A stretch of 64,000 bases of DNA from a bacterium (GCA_963675755.2 CAXXMD010000002.1:2272001-2336000), one strand, 5' to 3'. Shown: positions 40,050 through 50,910, counted from the first letter of the stretch. Translations and numbers: made by a program. The notes: generated by a model not told the origin, from the sequence alone.

Positions 40050-40266
40050 ATATATCATACCTCCGGTATAGTCATTATACATTCATTATTTGTAGATTTG
40101 TACGGGAACTTTAGTACAAGGTTACATTTATAACAAACAAATGCGGTGTATATTTCTGTAAAATGAATCTAAAAGTGAAATGACAAAAAATACATGTGGA
40201 ATTCATTAATGAAGAGAAAATCCCCCGTAAAATCTGGCAGGAACACCCCCGTGTTCTAGCAATATA

Positions 40267-42210
40267 TTATTTTTCTTTAAAAGAGACAGCTCCACAATCC
40301 GGAATACCGGCAACACTGTACCAGGATTCAAAAAAGTCTTTCAAGCTTCCGGGGTACCATGCGCGTTTAACATTCATCCAGGTGCGTTGATCTCCAACCG
40401 CATAATAGATACAGGTCTTTCCATCAACTTCTATAATATCCGGATCCGAGGCGTTAATTCCTTCATCCAGGCCATCTGTTCTCAACACAGGATTCGCTGC
40501 GCTCAGTTCCCAATGTTTTAAATCTTTTGAACGGGTTACCCAGGTTTCAAACTCCCAGCGAGGGGAACGACTTTCCAGGTACATTACATAATACCAGCCA
40601 TCAACATATCGTATACAGGGACATGCAGTATACCGATTTGTACCAAAAGTTGCATTAGGCAGTTTGGTCCACTGTTTCAAGTCAGAGGATTGTGCAAATT
40701 TCGTTGTAAAAGCAGGATACGCCTTGGTATTGGATTCATATGCCATAACAAATCCATCAGCAGATTTACAAACCGAAGAGTTGAAAAGCCCTTCATTTTC
40801 GCCTTTAACCACAATCCGGGAGTCCCAATGCTTTAGATCTTTTGACTCAATACAGGTAACATCATTCCAGGTACCATTCTCCCAACGGGATGCAAAAAGA
40901 TAAACCGTCTCATCTTCAACCAATATAGAGGCAAGGCCATAACCATACGCACAACGTGCCAGCTCTTCGCCTGTTTCTGCATCCTTTAGTAAAAGATAAT
41001 AATCACTTTTCACACCACCACTGCCAGGGCGAATACTTTCCATATGGCACAACCGCCCTTTCCACATAAAAGGCGAGATTTCGCAAAGGTCCTTTTTCAG
41101 CAGCTGCTCATTCTCAAAAACGGAGGGTTTGCGTGGATCAGGAGGTAAAAGATGATTAAAAACATCCACCGGCCAGTCAGGCAAGCGTAAAAAGCCTTTG
41201 GGCAGCTCCTGTTGAAACTGAACGTATGCTTTTACATCACCATGAGTAGTATAATCAATACTGTCAGCCGATGCCTTGTCTACAATTACACCAAACAGCT
41301 TGTAACCCATCAGGGTACAATCAGTAATATCTACATGCAAAAGATTACCATTCTGAACGCTCTGAATAATCCCGTTTGAAGGCGTTCCATGGGGCTGAGA
41401 AAAATTCAGCACAATCAATCGGCATCTTTCAATTGCCGCATGGGTATAGGTGTGAAATCCGAAATTGCTGGCCTTTAATGCACATTGCGGACTGACCATT
41501 GTACAATCCTCAAATCGCACATCAGGCAACTCAGGCATGGACTCGTTTTCAACACGCACGTACGCGGCTGAAGTATCTCCCCATTCATCCAACGCCCACA
41601 GCCAGCAGTTTTTAAACAAAATGGGTTCATCATGACGGGACAAACAACTTGCAACACCGCCACCAAATGCGCGGCCAATACTGACACAATTTTCTACAAA
41701 TACCGAAAAAGGTTTAACCTGGTCTGTCAAATCAAAAAAGATTCCGCCATCTCCACCAGTGACATATAGATTTTTCAAATGCCAGCGGTCCCAACCTATT
41801 GCTGAGAATGTTGGGTCTGTATGTTCTTTTGACCATCCCTGTGAATTGGATCGTATGGGCCCCCACCAGTCATAACTTTTAAAGCCTTGAAGTTCGGGAT
41901 CACCGGAATCGATTACTACCCAACCACTGGTTCCAGATCCATACTCACCATGAATATCACCAATTAATTGATTATAGCTTCCCTTGGCTCCTTTTTCAGC
42001 GGGATACAGCATGCCTTCAAAATAGGTGTCCGGCCGGATGATAATCTGGTGTCCGCCACTGGAATTGGGGATAGAGTCCAGAGCCTTTTGTACGGATGTA
42101 AATGCTTTCTCCCAGGATGATCCATCTGAATTGCTGCCCAGTTTAGACACATAAATTGTACTAGCCTGAACATTGAACGCAAACAATAAAATTATAGTCC
42201 ATATGCGCAT
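40267..42210 (-). CDS. Secreted protein: beta-helix-like N-domain plus five-bladed beta-propeller glycosidase-like C-domain
   Basis: Signal peptide; IYVSKLG...DGSSWEKAF.SVQ.A; repeated S.DLK.W; ACP, NASDPD. Confidence 0.65.
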   Translation of the reverse strand: MRIWTIILLFAFNVQASTIYVSKLGSNSDGSSWEKAFTSVQKALDSIPNSSGGHQIIIRPDTYFEGMLYPAEKGAKGSYNQLIGDIHGEYGSGTSGWVVIDSGDPELQGFKSYDWWGPIRSNSQGWSKEHTDPTFSAIGWDRWHLKNLYVTGGDGGIFFDLTDQVKPFSVFVENCVSIGRAFGGGVASCLSRHDEPILFKNCWLWALDEWGDTSAAYVRVENESMPELPDVRFEDCTMVSPQCALKASNFGFHTYTHAAIERCRLIVLNFSQPHGTPSNGIIQSVQNGNLLHVDITDCTLMGYKLFGVIVDKASADSIDYTTHGDVKAYVQFQQELPKGFLRLPDWPVDVFNHLLPPDPRKPSVFENEQLLKKDLCEISPFMWKGRLCHMESIRPGSGGVKSDYYLLLKDAETGEELARCAYGYGLASILVEDETVYLFASRWENGTWNDVTCIESKDLKHWDSRIVVKGENEGLFNSSVCKSADGFVMAYESNTKAYPAFTTKFAQSSDLKQWTKLPNATFGTNRYTACPCIRYVDGWYYVMYLESRSPRWEFETWVTRSKDLKHWELSAANPVLRTDGLDEGINASDPDIIEVDGKTCIYYAVGDQRTWMNVKRAWYPGSLKDFFESWYSVAGIPDCGAVSFKEK

Positions 42211-42228
42211 AATTAATCCCTTATCGTT

Positions 42229-44358
42229 CTAATTATTGACTATACGGTTATACAAAGTTTCATACTCTGTTACCATTTTATTAATAGAGAATTCTTTTAA
42301 TACTTTATTTCTTGCATTTTCAGTTAAATATTGAACAAAACGGTTGTCCTCAATAACTCTTTTAATCAACTCGTACAGTTTTTCAGGATCACCGGGAGGC
42401 ATCAACAGCCCCGAATGTTCATGTTCAATCAATTCAGGAATACCCCCAACCTGGGTGGCAATCACAACCAATCCGGCGGACATGGCCTCCAATATGGAAA
42501 CCGGCATTCCTTCAGACCAGGAAGGCAGACAAAAAATGTCTGCATTTTGATACCAGGGTTTTACGTCTGTATGAAAACCGGCAAACTCGATCATATCCGA
42601 GACGCCCAAAATTTCTACCTGAGACTCTAATTTTCCATTCATATCATCACGACCTAAAAAAACAAATTGAATTGAGGTATTACCTCTGTCTTTGAACAAT
42701 TTGGCCGTTTGCAACAAAGTAATATGACCTTTTATTTTCTTTAAATTGGCAACCGTCAGAACTTTTATCTTACCATCTTTTTTCACTTTAGTAACATCGA
42801 TGGGTTGAATGCCATTATATATTACAGCAACTTTATCAACAGGTAAATTGTATTTTTCTAAAATCTGGTCAGCACCTGTCTTTGTCACGGAAATCCATTG
42901 ACATATATCTTTTTGTGTCACTTTGAACAACCAGGATTTTATCGGATTTTCAAAATCATGAATCCCATGCAGCGTTGAAATTACAGGAACGGATCGCCTG
43001 CGCTTAAAAAAAAGCGTAATAACCTGTGCCGTAATTCCATGGGTTTGTACAAGACCAATCTTATGTTTCTTGATAATCCGGCCAAGTTTGTACAATGAAA
43101 ATGGATTATATAAATTCAGCAAATAACCCGGTACATTATACTTTGCCGCTTCCTGAATTAAAATACCTTCACCCTTTAAACAAACCAGGGTATAATTCAC
43201 TCTATCACTTTTGTGGGCCATCATTTTGAGAACCAGATTTTCAGCACCGCCAATATCACTGGAGGTAGTAACTTGCATTACGTTTACCGGCTTTACTTCC
43301 TTTTGCCCTTTCAAGGCATTTAGCCATTTCACAGCATTTACATCAAAAGAGAATCTATTGCGAACTGTTTCAAGACCGTTTTTGCTGAATCCCTCATAGA
43401 TCTCAGCATCCTGAATCAAGGATATTAAACATATCTCCCATTCATCCAAACTGGTAGCAAGGTACCCATTCTCTCCATGCTGAATTATCTCTTTATTGAA
43501 TCCCACTGCCGATGCGACAACAGGAACGCCTGCGGTCATGTACTGCAATAGCTTGTAGCCCGCTTTTCCCCGCGTCCAAGGATTATCTGGCAGGGGCATA
43601 ACGCCAATATCAAAGGATTGAAGGTATTGCCACTCATCTTTTTTGTTCCACGGCAGACATTCAACATTCAAACCGGGCACATAAAAGCCCTCAACGCCTA
43701 CCAAACGAAAAACAATTTCAAAAGATTCGCTCAAACGCTTCAATACAGGAATAATTTCATTCAAATATTCCCGGGTTGAATTACTGCCAATCCAACCGAT
43801 TACTATTGGGCCATCCTTGAACCTTTTGGGCCTTGTACTAACTAGCGGATCAATACAGGTTGGAACAACCGTAACATTGGAATTATATTTTTTTGCAAAT
43901 GCTTCAAGATAAGGTGTGCTGGTTATAACTGCATCACAATTGCTGATAATTTTTTCTACAGATTTAAAATAGAGAATCAGTCGTTTGAACAGGGTTTTCT
44001 TTTTATAATATTCAAAAATAGCATCATCAAAATCAAAAACGCTATAACGTGCCAGACGTACAATCAATTTATCCAACAATGGATAAAAATAAGGCAAGGT
44101 CTCTCTTTGCAGTACAACAATATCATATTTTTTCAATTGTGGCAAAACTACAATACGGTCAAGTACCTTGAGTAGAAACCATAAAATCTTGTTAAAATAA
44201 GTTGGATGTGAATGATAGACACGATCCAGTTTTTCCGGTACGCCCGGACGTACAGTATATTTTATATTCTCTTTATCGAGATAGCCTAGCCATTCGTAAA
44301 CTCTGGCCCGACTTGATGCCCCCTGGACAGTTGTCTGGGTGAGAAAGAGAATATGCAT
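42229..44358 (-). CDS. Double GT4 glycosyltransferase fusion
   Basis: Domain 1 DIGVMPL...GKAGYKLLQYM..GVPVVAS; domain 2 GGAE, KGH, LPSWSEGMPVSILEAM. Confidence 0.9.
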   Translation of the reverse strand: MHILFLTQTTVQGASSRARVYEWLGYLDKENIKYTVRPGVPEKLDRVYHSHPTYFNKILWFLLKVLDRIVVLPQLKKYDIVVLQRETLPYFYPLLDKLIVRLARYSVFDFDDAIFEYYKKKTLFKRLILYFKSVEKIISNCDAVITSTPYLEAFAKKYNSNVTVVPTCIDPLVSTRPKRFKDGPIVIGWIGSNSTREYLNEIIPVLKRLSESFEIVFRLVGVEGFYVPGLNVECLPWNKKDEWQYLQSFDIGVMPLPDNPWTRGKAGYKLLQYMTAGVPVVASAVGFNKEIIQHGENGYLATSLDEWEICLISLIQDAEIYEGFSKNGLETVRNRFSFDVNAVKWLNALKGQKEVKPVNVMQVTTSSDIGGAENLVLKMMAHKSDRVNYTLVCLKGEGILIQEAAKYNVPGYLLNLYNPFSLYKLGRIIKKHKIGLVQTHGITAQVITLFFKRRRSVPVISTLHGIHDFENPIKSWLFKVTQKDICQWISVTKTGADQILEKYNLPVDKVAVIYNGIQPIDVTKVKKDGKIKVLTVANLKKIKGHITLLQTAKLFKDRGNTSIQFVFLGRDDMNGKLESQVEILGVSDMIEFAGFHTDVKPWYQNADIFCLPSWSEGMPVSILEAMSAGLVVIATQVGGIPELIEHEHSGLLMPPGDPEKLYELIKRVIEDNRFVQYLTENARNKVLKEFSINKMVTEYETLYNRIVNN

Positions 44359-44445
44359 ATTTTACTCCAAACTGAAAGCTAATATACTTAAAATTTGTAT
44401 TTATGCAAAACAATCTTTCACAATGAATTTATTTACGATGAAAAT

Positions 44446-44937
44446 TTAATCCGATATCCCCATTTCACTCAATATTTTCTCTGCAGTTAAAACTTGCTGG
44501 CAGGGCACCATAACTTTGTATTCATTGACATTAACACGATTGGTATCTCCGGCGATACGATATAATGTATAGTCAGAGCTGCCTAAATGCAATGGGTTGG
44601 ACTTTCGCGAGTATAAAAACGGATGCAGTCCTGATGATTCCAGGTTCTCTTTAACATATTCTGCCTGAGCAAGATCAGAAACGCCATACACTTTGGCCAT
44701 GCCTTCAACAATCTCATAATGACTATGCTGGTTGCACAAGAATTTTCCATTTACCCGGCTGGCACAGCGTTTACAGAATGCTTTACAACAGATAATACAC
44801 ACCCCTTCTGCCGGTTCAGAATAATGGGTATCACACAATACTCCATCAACAAACAAAGCCCCACAATCGGGACAAAATTCATCATCAACATTTCCCTCAT
44901 TCTCACAAATCGGGCAATACAAAGCTTCTTTACTCAT
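44446..44937 (-). CDS. Zn-ribbon/B-box plus DUF2007-like protein
   Basis: CPIC..CPDC, C.TH...C.IC....C..C....C..H, then A..VK..LE..GL and C-terminal KVMVP. Confidence 0.65.
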   Translation of the reverse strand: MSKEALYCPICENEGNVDDEFCPDCGALFVDGVLCDTHYSEPAEGVCIICCKAFCKRCASRVNGKFLCNQHSHYEIVEGMAKVYGVSDLAQAEYVKENLESSGLHPFLYSRKSNPLHLGSSDYTLYRIAGDTNRVNVNEYKVMVPCQQVLTAEKILSEMGISD

Positions 44938-45039
44938 AATAATCCCTTTTATCAGAGAGACACCTTTACAATAAATTAATTCATCATGTATGAACAGGAT
45001 TGTTATGATAAAGATAAAATTTGCATTTTCAAAACAAAA

Positions 45040-47664
45040 TCAAGCAAGAATTTGGGGCTTTTCAATTACACCATTATTTTGTATTTGTTTTAAAAGGTAA
45101 TCCAGATTTAATACAATTAATATTTCAGAGGTATCAGAGCCTTTTGAAGGTTTTACAATACAATCAACAAGCTCGTTTTCATCCAACACAGATTGTTCTC
45201 TGTCTATATTCTCATTATTTACCCTGGGGATTTGCCCAAGTGCATCTACAACAAGCCCAACCTTAACTTTCTGCTTGTTCTCCAAAGTTAATTCCACAAC
45301 AACTATTGATGCCCTGGCAGGATCAACAGCATTTGTTGCATTCAGCAATTGATGTAACGAAATCACAAAAATCACCTGATCGTCAAATAAAGTTTTTCCA
45401 CTGATCAGGGAGTGCATCCCCGGCATACCTGTAACATTCTTGTATTCGATAGCTTTACATACATCAGAAGCGTTTATTCCGAACCAATTTCCTCCAATAT
45501 AAAATGTTGCCAGATCCGTAGTATCTTTAGTATTAACAGTAGATGCCTGATTATCAAAACTAACATGTTTATTTAATTGTTTGACCATCGAGTCTTTGAC
45601 CGGTGCAACAGGGTAAAATACGAGTCCAACTACATCATAAACATAACCGTCATTGACCTTGTATTCTCTGTATCCCGCACTTGTACACGCTCCAACTGCA
45701 TAATATTTATTGTTCAAAACAACAATCTTGGAGGTCTTTTCACCATTGTTCAAAGCAAGTAAGGTAGGATCAATTTCAATCTTGTCGCCGGGTTGATAAT
45801 CCAATGTGGTAGAGCTAATAACAGAACCATGGCGGTTGGTAAATAAACCGAAACTGCCTTCTCTGGCATTACCTTTATCATCTTTTGATAGTGAATCATT
45901 CAACATTGCAGAAAATTGAGGCGTACTGTCAAACACAATACCAATACCACCCAAAACAATTGACGAGTTTGTTAATTCTGTAATAGCTGCGCCATAAATA
46001 AATGTGTGTTCCTGATTATAAAGATCAGTTTTTTCAAAGTCAGACACAGCAAATTTTTGACTGTCCCTGATTGATAATGTTTCTTTGACCCAGGCATGAT
46101 CCAGATGCGTTCCCACCAACTGACTTTGTTCAGAATCAGAAACTGCCAGTATCTTTCCCTGCTTGTCAAAAACAAATAAATTCGTATAGACGGTATATAA
46201 ATTATTAATATATTTTAAAATATTCGTAATGGTTTCCAAGTTTTGGGAGTTTAGAGAATCAAGGGCTAATAGACGCTTGAACTCTGAAGTCAATGCCCAC
46301 CATCTGCAATCATTTGCACGTTCATACAAATTCCGGTCCATAATATCAACAGCTAAAGCAGCTTGAAATTCTACATCCTGTAAAATGGATGAAATAACGG
46401 TTTCATAAAGGTTATCAATAGAATCTTTAAATACGGACTTTGTACGTTCCCCGGCGTTTGAAATACTCCACAATAGTACTTTGGTAGAATCGTTTTTTTC
46501 ATCAACATTGCCATTCCATACAGTCCGCTCTAATTCAGATTGTATCAATTCCGCTTTTAAAGGTATATTTCTTAATTCGTTTGAAAACAATTGTGATGAA
46601 GACAAAACCTGTGACAAGGTTGTTTTGTCAATCCGTTTTTCAAGGTCCTTTGTATCTGCCTGCGCAAAAGCATGCTGCAGAGGAAGCATAACATGCCCAA
46701 ACCAGCCCAAGCCCATATACCCCTCATATCCCCCAGTCTCACATGTTTTAGCTAAATACTCACGACCGGCAAATCTGGCTATATTAAAATCACCATCCAG
46801 AGCCAACTCCATTTGGGCGCCAATTCTGATATGCTCTTCATCTGAACTTGCAATCACTTTTCCCGTTTTGTCTAAAAGTGTTAAAACGCCCCACTCTTTA
46901 GCATTGTGCAGCTTGGAAAAGATGCCTTTCATTTCATTCTGAAACCGGAAACACAGGGCCAAAACACCAATGGATTTTGCCTGACTGTTATTACTTTCCT
47001 GAATTCGATACGCATAGATTAATGAATCCCCTTCTCCCGGGAGTAAATCCGTTTCCCGATAAATCTCAACATATTCTTTGCTTGTTGAAAGCGCATCCTG
47101 AATGAATGAATCATTAGAGTGTTGTACATTATAATTCTGATCTAACCGGGCTTTGACATTCCCATGAGTATCAAGGAGTATGATATCAAAATAAACAGAA
47201 TATTTGGCCACATATTCTTTAAAACGTTGAATTATATGAGAGTGATTAAATTCAAGTGTAGAGTGGTTTTGATCATTCAGATCATTGTCAGTGTGAGATA
47301 AAAAAGCACGAATATCATCATCTGTGGAAAGGAACCCGATATCTGCAGTACGTTCAAACAGGTTTCGTATTACAATATCAACAACTACCTGGGCTTTGGC
47401 TTTAATATTTTGTACCGTCTTTCTTAATGTTTCTAAACCCAGTTGCCCCAACAATTGAAAAGTTAGTTCCTGAAAACTCTGTTGAGTACTGCTCATGTCA
47501 GTACCCATGTTATTCATTTTACCCAGAATCGTAAACAGGTCCCATTGCCCCCCAAGATTTGACAACTCTTCCCGGTATCGTTCCACGTCCGGCATATGAT
47601 TAACCAATCCTTCCAATTTTGCCGGTATTTTCACAGTTTTGTAAATAAACTCATGTTCCTGCAT
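45040..47664 (-). CDS. Large soluble protein with duplicated Cache-like modules and C-terminal CheW domain
   Basis: Repeated DI..RNL[FY]ER[TA][AN]D and Y.VY...FD..G motifs; CheW (ATFYIG..WFGI, GLVVDALG.IP). Confidence 0.75.
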   Translation of the reverse strand: MQEHEFIYKTVKIPAKLEGLVNHMPDVERYREELSNLGGQWDLFTILGKMNNMGTDMSSTQQSFQELTFQLLGQLGLETLRKTVQNIKAKAQVVVDIVIRNLFERTADIGFLSTDDDIRAFLSHTDNDLNDQNHSTLEFNHSHIIQRFKEYVAKYSVYFDIILLDTHGNVKARLDQNYNVQHSNDSFIQDALSTSKEYVEIYRETDLLPGEGDSLIYAYRIQESNNSQAKSIGVLALCFRFQNEMKGIFSKLHNAKEWGVLTLLDKTGKVIASSDEEHIRIGAQMELALDGDFNIARFAGREYLAKTCETGGYEGYMGLGWFGHVMLPLQHAFAQADTKDLEKRIDKTTLSQVLSSSQLFSNELRNIPLKAELIQSELERTVWNGNVDEKNDSTKVLLWSISNAGERTKSVFKDSIDNLYETVISSILQDVEFQAALAVDIMDRNLYERANDCRWWALTSEFKRLLALDSLNSQNLETITNILKYINNLYTVYTNLFVFDKQGKILAVSDSEQSQLVGTHLDHAWVKETLSIRDSQKFAVSDFEKTDLYNQEHTFIYGAAITELTNSSIVLGGIGIVFDSTPQFSAMLNDSLSKDDKGNAREGSFGLFTNRHGSVISSTTLDYQPGDKIEIDPTLLALNNGEKTSKIVVLNNKYYAVGACTSAGYREYKVNDGYVYDVVGLVFYPVAPVKDSMVKQLNKHVSFDNQASTVNTKDTTDLATFYIGGNWFGINASDVCKAIEYKNVTGMPGMHSLISGKTLFDDQVIFVISLHQLLNATNAVDPARASIVVVELTLENKQKVKVGLVVDALGQIPRVNNENIDREQSVLDENELVDCIVKPSKGSDTSEILIVLNLDYLLKQIQNNGVIEKPQILA

Positions 47665-48015
47665 ATCTCCTCCAAACTCGTACGGACATTTTTCAACAAC
47701 TAGAAAGATAGACTTTAGGAATAAGGCAAAAGACGGGGTAATTTTGCGTTAATACAAAAGGTCAAAATCATGTTATATAATTCTAACAGTGGTCGTGATG
47801 TATATGAATAGATAGCTTCAAAAGTCATTTAAAACAAACCTATACATAGCTATATTTTAAATAGCAATTTTAAAGCCAAAGAATTTAATCAAATAGCTTG
47901 AGGCAAAATAATACAATAAAACATTACTTTTATACAAAAACAAATCAGACGTATTATTAAAATCAAATAGTAAATGTATTTATTTGTTTAGGGATGGAGA
48001 TCAAACTAGTTCTGA

Positions 48016-48888
48016 CTAGTTTGTGTCGGTGGAAGTAAATGCCGGGTAATTTCTTAAAACATTTAAAATTTCTCTTTGAAGATTTTCGTCTTGTTTATCT
48101 CGTTCACGATATACCGACTGCTCAGCCTGATAGCGCCCCCCACGATAAAACCGGTCTGTTATAAACAAATAATACCAAACAGCACCACTAGTATCTCCTG
48201 TTGCTAATAATGAAATATTGGCAGTCAAATTTATACAATTCAGTATCAACGAATTTGCAAAATTTTTGTACTCTCCCGCATACAGCTGTCCACTTCCGGG
48301 AATAAATGTTGACAACCATTTGGCTATATTTGGATTTTTTGTTTTAATCGTCTCAGCTTTTTGTAAAATTCTATTCAATTCGGGTAAGCATTCTGTATCA
48401 TTTAAACGGTTATAATCACATAAAAACTCGTTTGCCTTTTGCCAGTTTTTAGCATAAACAGCAGAAATAAACAACAAAAAATAAATATTTTTTCTTTTCA
48501 CATCATTAAAAGGCTTTTGTAGTAAAGATAACAATTCCAATTGTGCAAGGCTGTAATTTTCCAAAACAATATAGCTAGAAGCTTTTGCTGTAATGATTTC
48601 AAATAACTGATCATCGCTTCTAATATAGTGCTGGGCTGTATTAAACATTTCAATAGATTTTGTATAGTCTCCCAATTCTCTATAACATAAACCCATTTTG
48701 TAGTAAACCTGTCCCAATAGATCTGGCTCCTTAGAAAAGCACAATACTCTATGCAATTCTTTTAAAGCATCATGATAATTGTTTTGATCTACCAAATAGT
48801 CACTAAAAACAATAACATCATTCAAACCGGATTGTGCAAAACACTGAACAGCTAAAAGAACAATACTATGGATTAAAAACTTTTTCAA
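48016..48888 (-). CDS. Secreted TPR protein with C-terminal TM2-like (KNP..A..LS..PG.GQ.Y.G) domain
   Basis: Likely TTG start at 48888 gives signal peptide MKKFLIHSIVLLAVQCFA; TPRs (YYKMGLCY); KNPNIAKWLSTFIPGSGQLYAG. Confidence 0.75.
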   Translation of the reverse strand: MKKFLIHSIVLLAVQCFAQSGLNDVIVFSDYLVDQNNYHDALKELHRVLCFSKEPDLLGQVYYKMGLCYRELGDYTKSIEMFNTAQHYIRSDDQLFEIITAKASSYIVLENYSLAQLELLSLLQKPFNDVKRKNIYFLLFISAVYAKNWQKANEFLCDYNRLNDTECLPELNRILQKAETIKTKNPNIAKWLSTFIPGSGQLYAGEYKNFANSLILNCINLTANISLLATGDTSGAVWYYLFITDRFYRGGRYQAEQSVYRERDKQDENLQREILNVLRNYPAFTSTDTN

Positions 48889-49735
48889 CAGAAACCCTAA
48901 TTCTATGATCAAACTGGTTATTAATTTCAATATTCTGGACTTTGACTGTAACAGCAGATCCATAAATATTACCCAGATAAAAAACAGTACCAAGACTACC
49001 AAACAACCATCCCTTAACTGAATGACTTCCATTGTCTGAGAATGAACTAAATGATTGCCATGACAATACTCCAACAAGTAAAAGTGTAGAAATGCCATCA
49101 ATGTTACGTCCGGCATAAACTTTACCCAAGCCTGGTAAAAATGCAGACAATATTCCCGCCTTAACCGGGCTTTTCATGGGTAAATTGGGTCCAATTTGTA
49201 GCAATTGTTTAAAATCATTAATAGAAAAATGTTGGATATCATCCAAACGATGCAAGTGCTTTTGTGCTTTTATCCATTTCTTTTCGGTCATATAATTTGC
49301 AGCTATCAATAATTCTTTTTCTATTTTCACATTATTATTATTAACCTGTTCCAAATACGTAATGGATTTTTCATTCTGATTCAAATGAAAATAAATATAT
49401 CCGGTCTGCAGTAAAGCATTATTATAAACCAGATTATTACTTTTATGAATAGCCCTAAATTTATTTAAAGCATTTTGATATTTTTGGGTATACTTGAAGC
49501 ACATTCCGATTTGGAACGTTATGCTGTCCACATCGCACTTTGATTCATTTTCACATAAATAAAGATAACGTTCATACTCAGAGATTGCAAATTGGTAATC
49601 CTGATTTTCATATAGATAATTTGCAAATTTCATTGTATTCGCTGGAGTATAGTAATCATAAAAATCCATATCTTGCGCGCAAACACGTATTACTGAAAAT
49701 ATTATTATTATACTAAAAAGATGCTTAATGCTCAT
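48866..49735 (-). CDS. Secreted TPR protein with C-terminal TM2-like domain (paralogue)
   Basis: Signal peptide; FANYLY...DY..AI.EYER; KSPVKAGILSAFLPGLGKVYAG; FYLGNIYGS. Confidence 0.8.
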   Translation of the reverse strand: MSIKHLFSIIIIFSVIRVCAQDMDFYDYYTPANTMKFANYLYENQDYQFAISEYERYLYLCENESKCDVDSITFQIGMCFKYTQKYQNALNKFRAIHKSNNLVYNNALLQTGYIYFHLNQNEKSITYLEQVNNNNVKIEKELLIAANYMTEKKWIKAQKHLHRLDDIQHFSINDFKQLLQIGPNLPMKSPVKAGILSAFLPGLGKVYAGRNIDGISTLLLVGVLSWQSFSSFSDNGSHSVKGWLFGSLGTVFYLGNIYGSAVTVKVQNIEINNQFDHRIRVSVEKVFNP

Positions 49736-50171
49736 GTAGCTTCCCCTTTAAAACTATTTGATAATATAAAATATCATCAATAGCTTTTCCGGTCACAGGA
49801 TCAATCTCATAATATTTCAAAGCAATATCATTACAACGAACCAACCGGTCTGCGGTTAATAGAATCCCCGTAAAAACCCCTCTTTGTTTAATAGCCATAT
49901 AACCAAAATTTGAACAACTGACATTAAAATTACATGTTGGCTTGTCCTGAGGAGAAATAAAATTTTGATACACTTTGATTGCTCCCTTTGGTAAAAGCTT
50001 TATCAGCGATAAATCTTCAATTGGGGATTCATTAGAAGCCTTGATATCTGAAGAAGGATGACTTTTAAGGATGAATTGTATATTATTATCATAGGGAAAA
50101 CAGATTGCCGTTGTAAATAATAAACTTGACAAACATATTGCCCATATAAATTTAAAGTTAACATTTACCAT
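49725..50171 (-). CDS. YidD-family (membrane protein insertion efficiency factor) paralogue with signal peptide
   Basis: IKVYQNFISPQD..TCNF..SCS.F...AI..RG...G....ADRL.RCN; hydrophobic N-terminal extension. Confidence 0.85.
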   Translation of the reverse strand: MVNVNFKFIWAICLSSLLFTTAICFPYDNNIQFILKSHPSSDIKASNESPIEDLSLIKLLPKGAIKVYQNFISPQDKPTCNFNVSCSNFGYMAIKQRGVFTGILLTADRLVRCNDIALKYYEIDPVTGKAIDDILYYQIVLKGKLHEH

Positions 50172-50896
50172 TCAAAATTTTCAATCGTTACATTTTCTGG
50201 AATATCTAAATTTAAACTATCGGGAATACTTTTATTTATTTCAAGGTTTGTCAAAGTCACATTCTTTTTTGTTATTTTCCCACTATTCTTATATAATATC
50301 TCAACAGTTCCAGGGAACCCTATAAAACCTAATTTTTGATAATCCTTGAATAATATCTTTTGAACGATATTATCTTTTTCATCATAAATTAAAACATTCA
50401 CCAATTTATCATTTAGCGTTTTTAGTACTGTTGCTCCCGCATTGCCCATCTCTTTTGGAGGTTGCCATATAGTTATCAGGGTATCATTCTCTACCTGATA
50501 ATCTGAAAGCGTATACGATAATGCAGATAAACCATAATCTTTGTACTGAGATGCAACAAATGGAGACAAGAATATCAACTTATCATGATAGGCTGCATTT
50601 ACATTATAAAGCAAATGCTTTTCAGGATAAAAAATTTGCATCAATGTATCATTAATTACAATATCCTGCATTATCGGATAATTAATTTTTAAATGCAATG
50701 TTTCAGGATAATTCAGGAACAAACTGCCTTTGGTTAAAGATTCTGTATCATTTTCAACTAAAATTTTTGTAAAATTAGCAGATAAGGAAATCAATTCAAC
50801 ACTTTGTAATGTAGCTGAAAAAGCTGTCATTCCCTGAAAGGCACAAAATAAAAGTACATATAAAAAGTAATCTTTGATAATTTTTGTACGAAACAT
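50165..50896 (-). CDS. LolA-like periplasmic carrier protein
   Basis: Signal peptide; SANFT, G.LFL..P..L...Y P..Q.IV.N......YP pattern; C-terminal LEINK.IPD. Confidence 0.6.
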   Translation of the reverse strand: MFRTKIIKDYFLYVLLFCAFQGMTAFSATLQSVELISLSANFTKILVENDTESLTKGSLFLNYPETLHLKINYPIMQDIVINDTLMQIFYPEKHLLYNVNAAYHDKLIFLSPFVASQYKDYGLSALSYTLSDYQVENDTLITIWQPPKEMGNAGATVLKTLNDKLVNVLIYDEKDNIVQKILFKDYQKLGFIGFPGTVEILYKNSGKITKKNVTLTNLEINKSIPDSLNLDIPENVTIENFEW

Positions 50897-50910
50897 CTTG
50901 ATCTCGAATA

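Noticed and set aside
47700-47800. c-di-GMP-I riboswitch upstream of the CheW fusion (ACGCAAAA...CCTAA on minus strand)
   Set aside because: No GGCAAAC/GAAA tetraloop stem could be built; similarity too fragmentary.
48889-49116. N-terminal 76 aa of the listed 366-aa ORF
   Set aside because: Overlaps the upstream TPR gene out of frame; TTG at 48888 gives a proper signal peptide.
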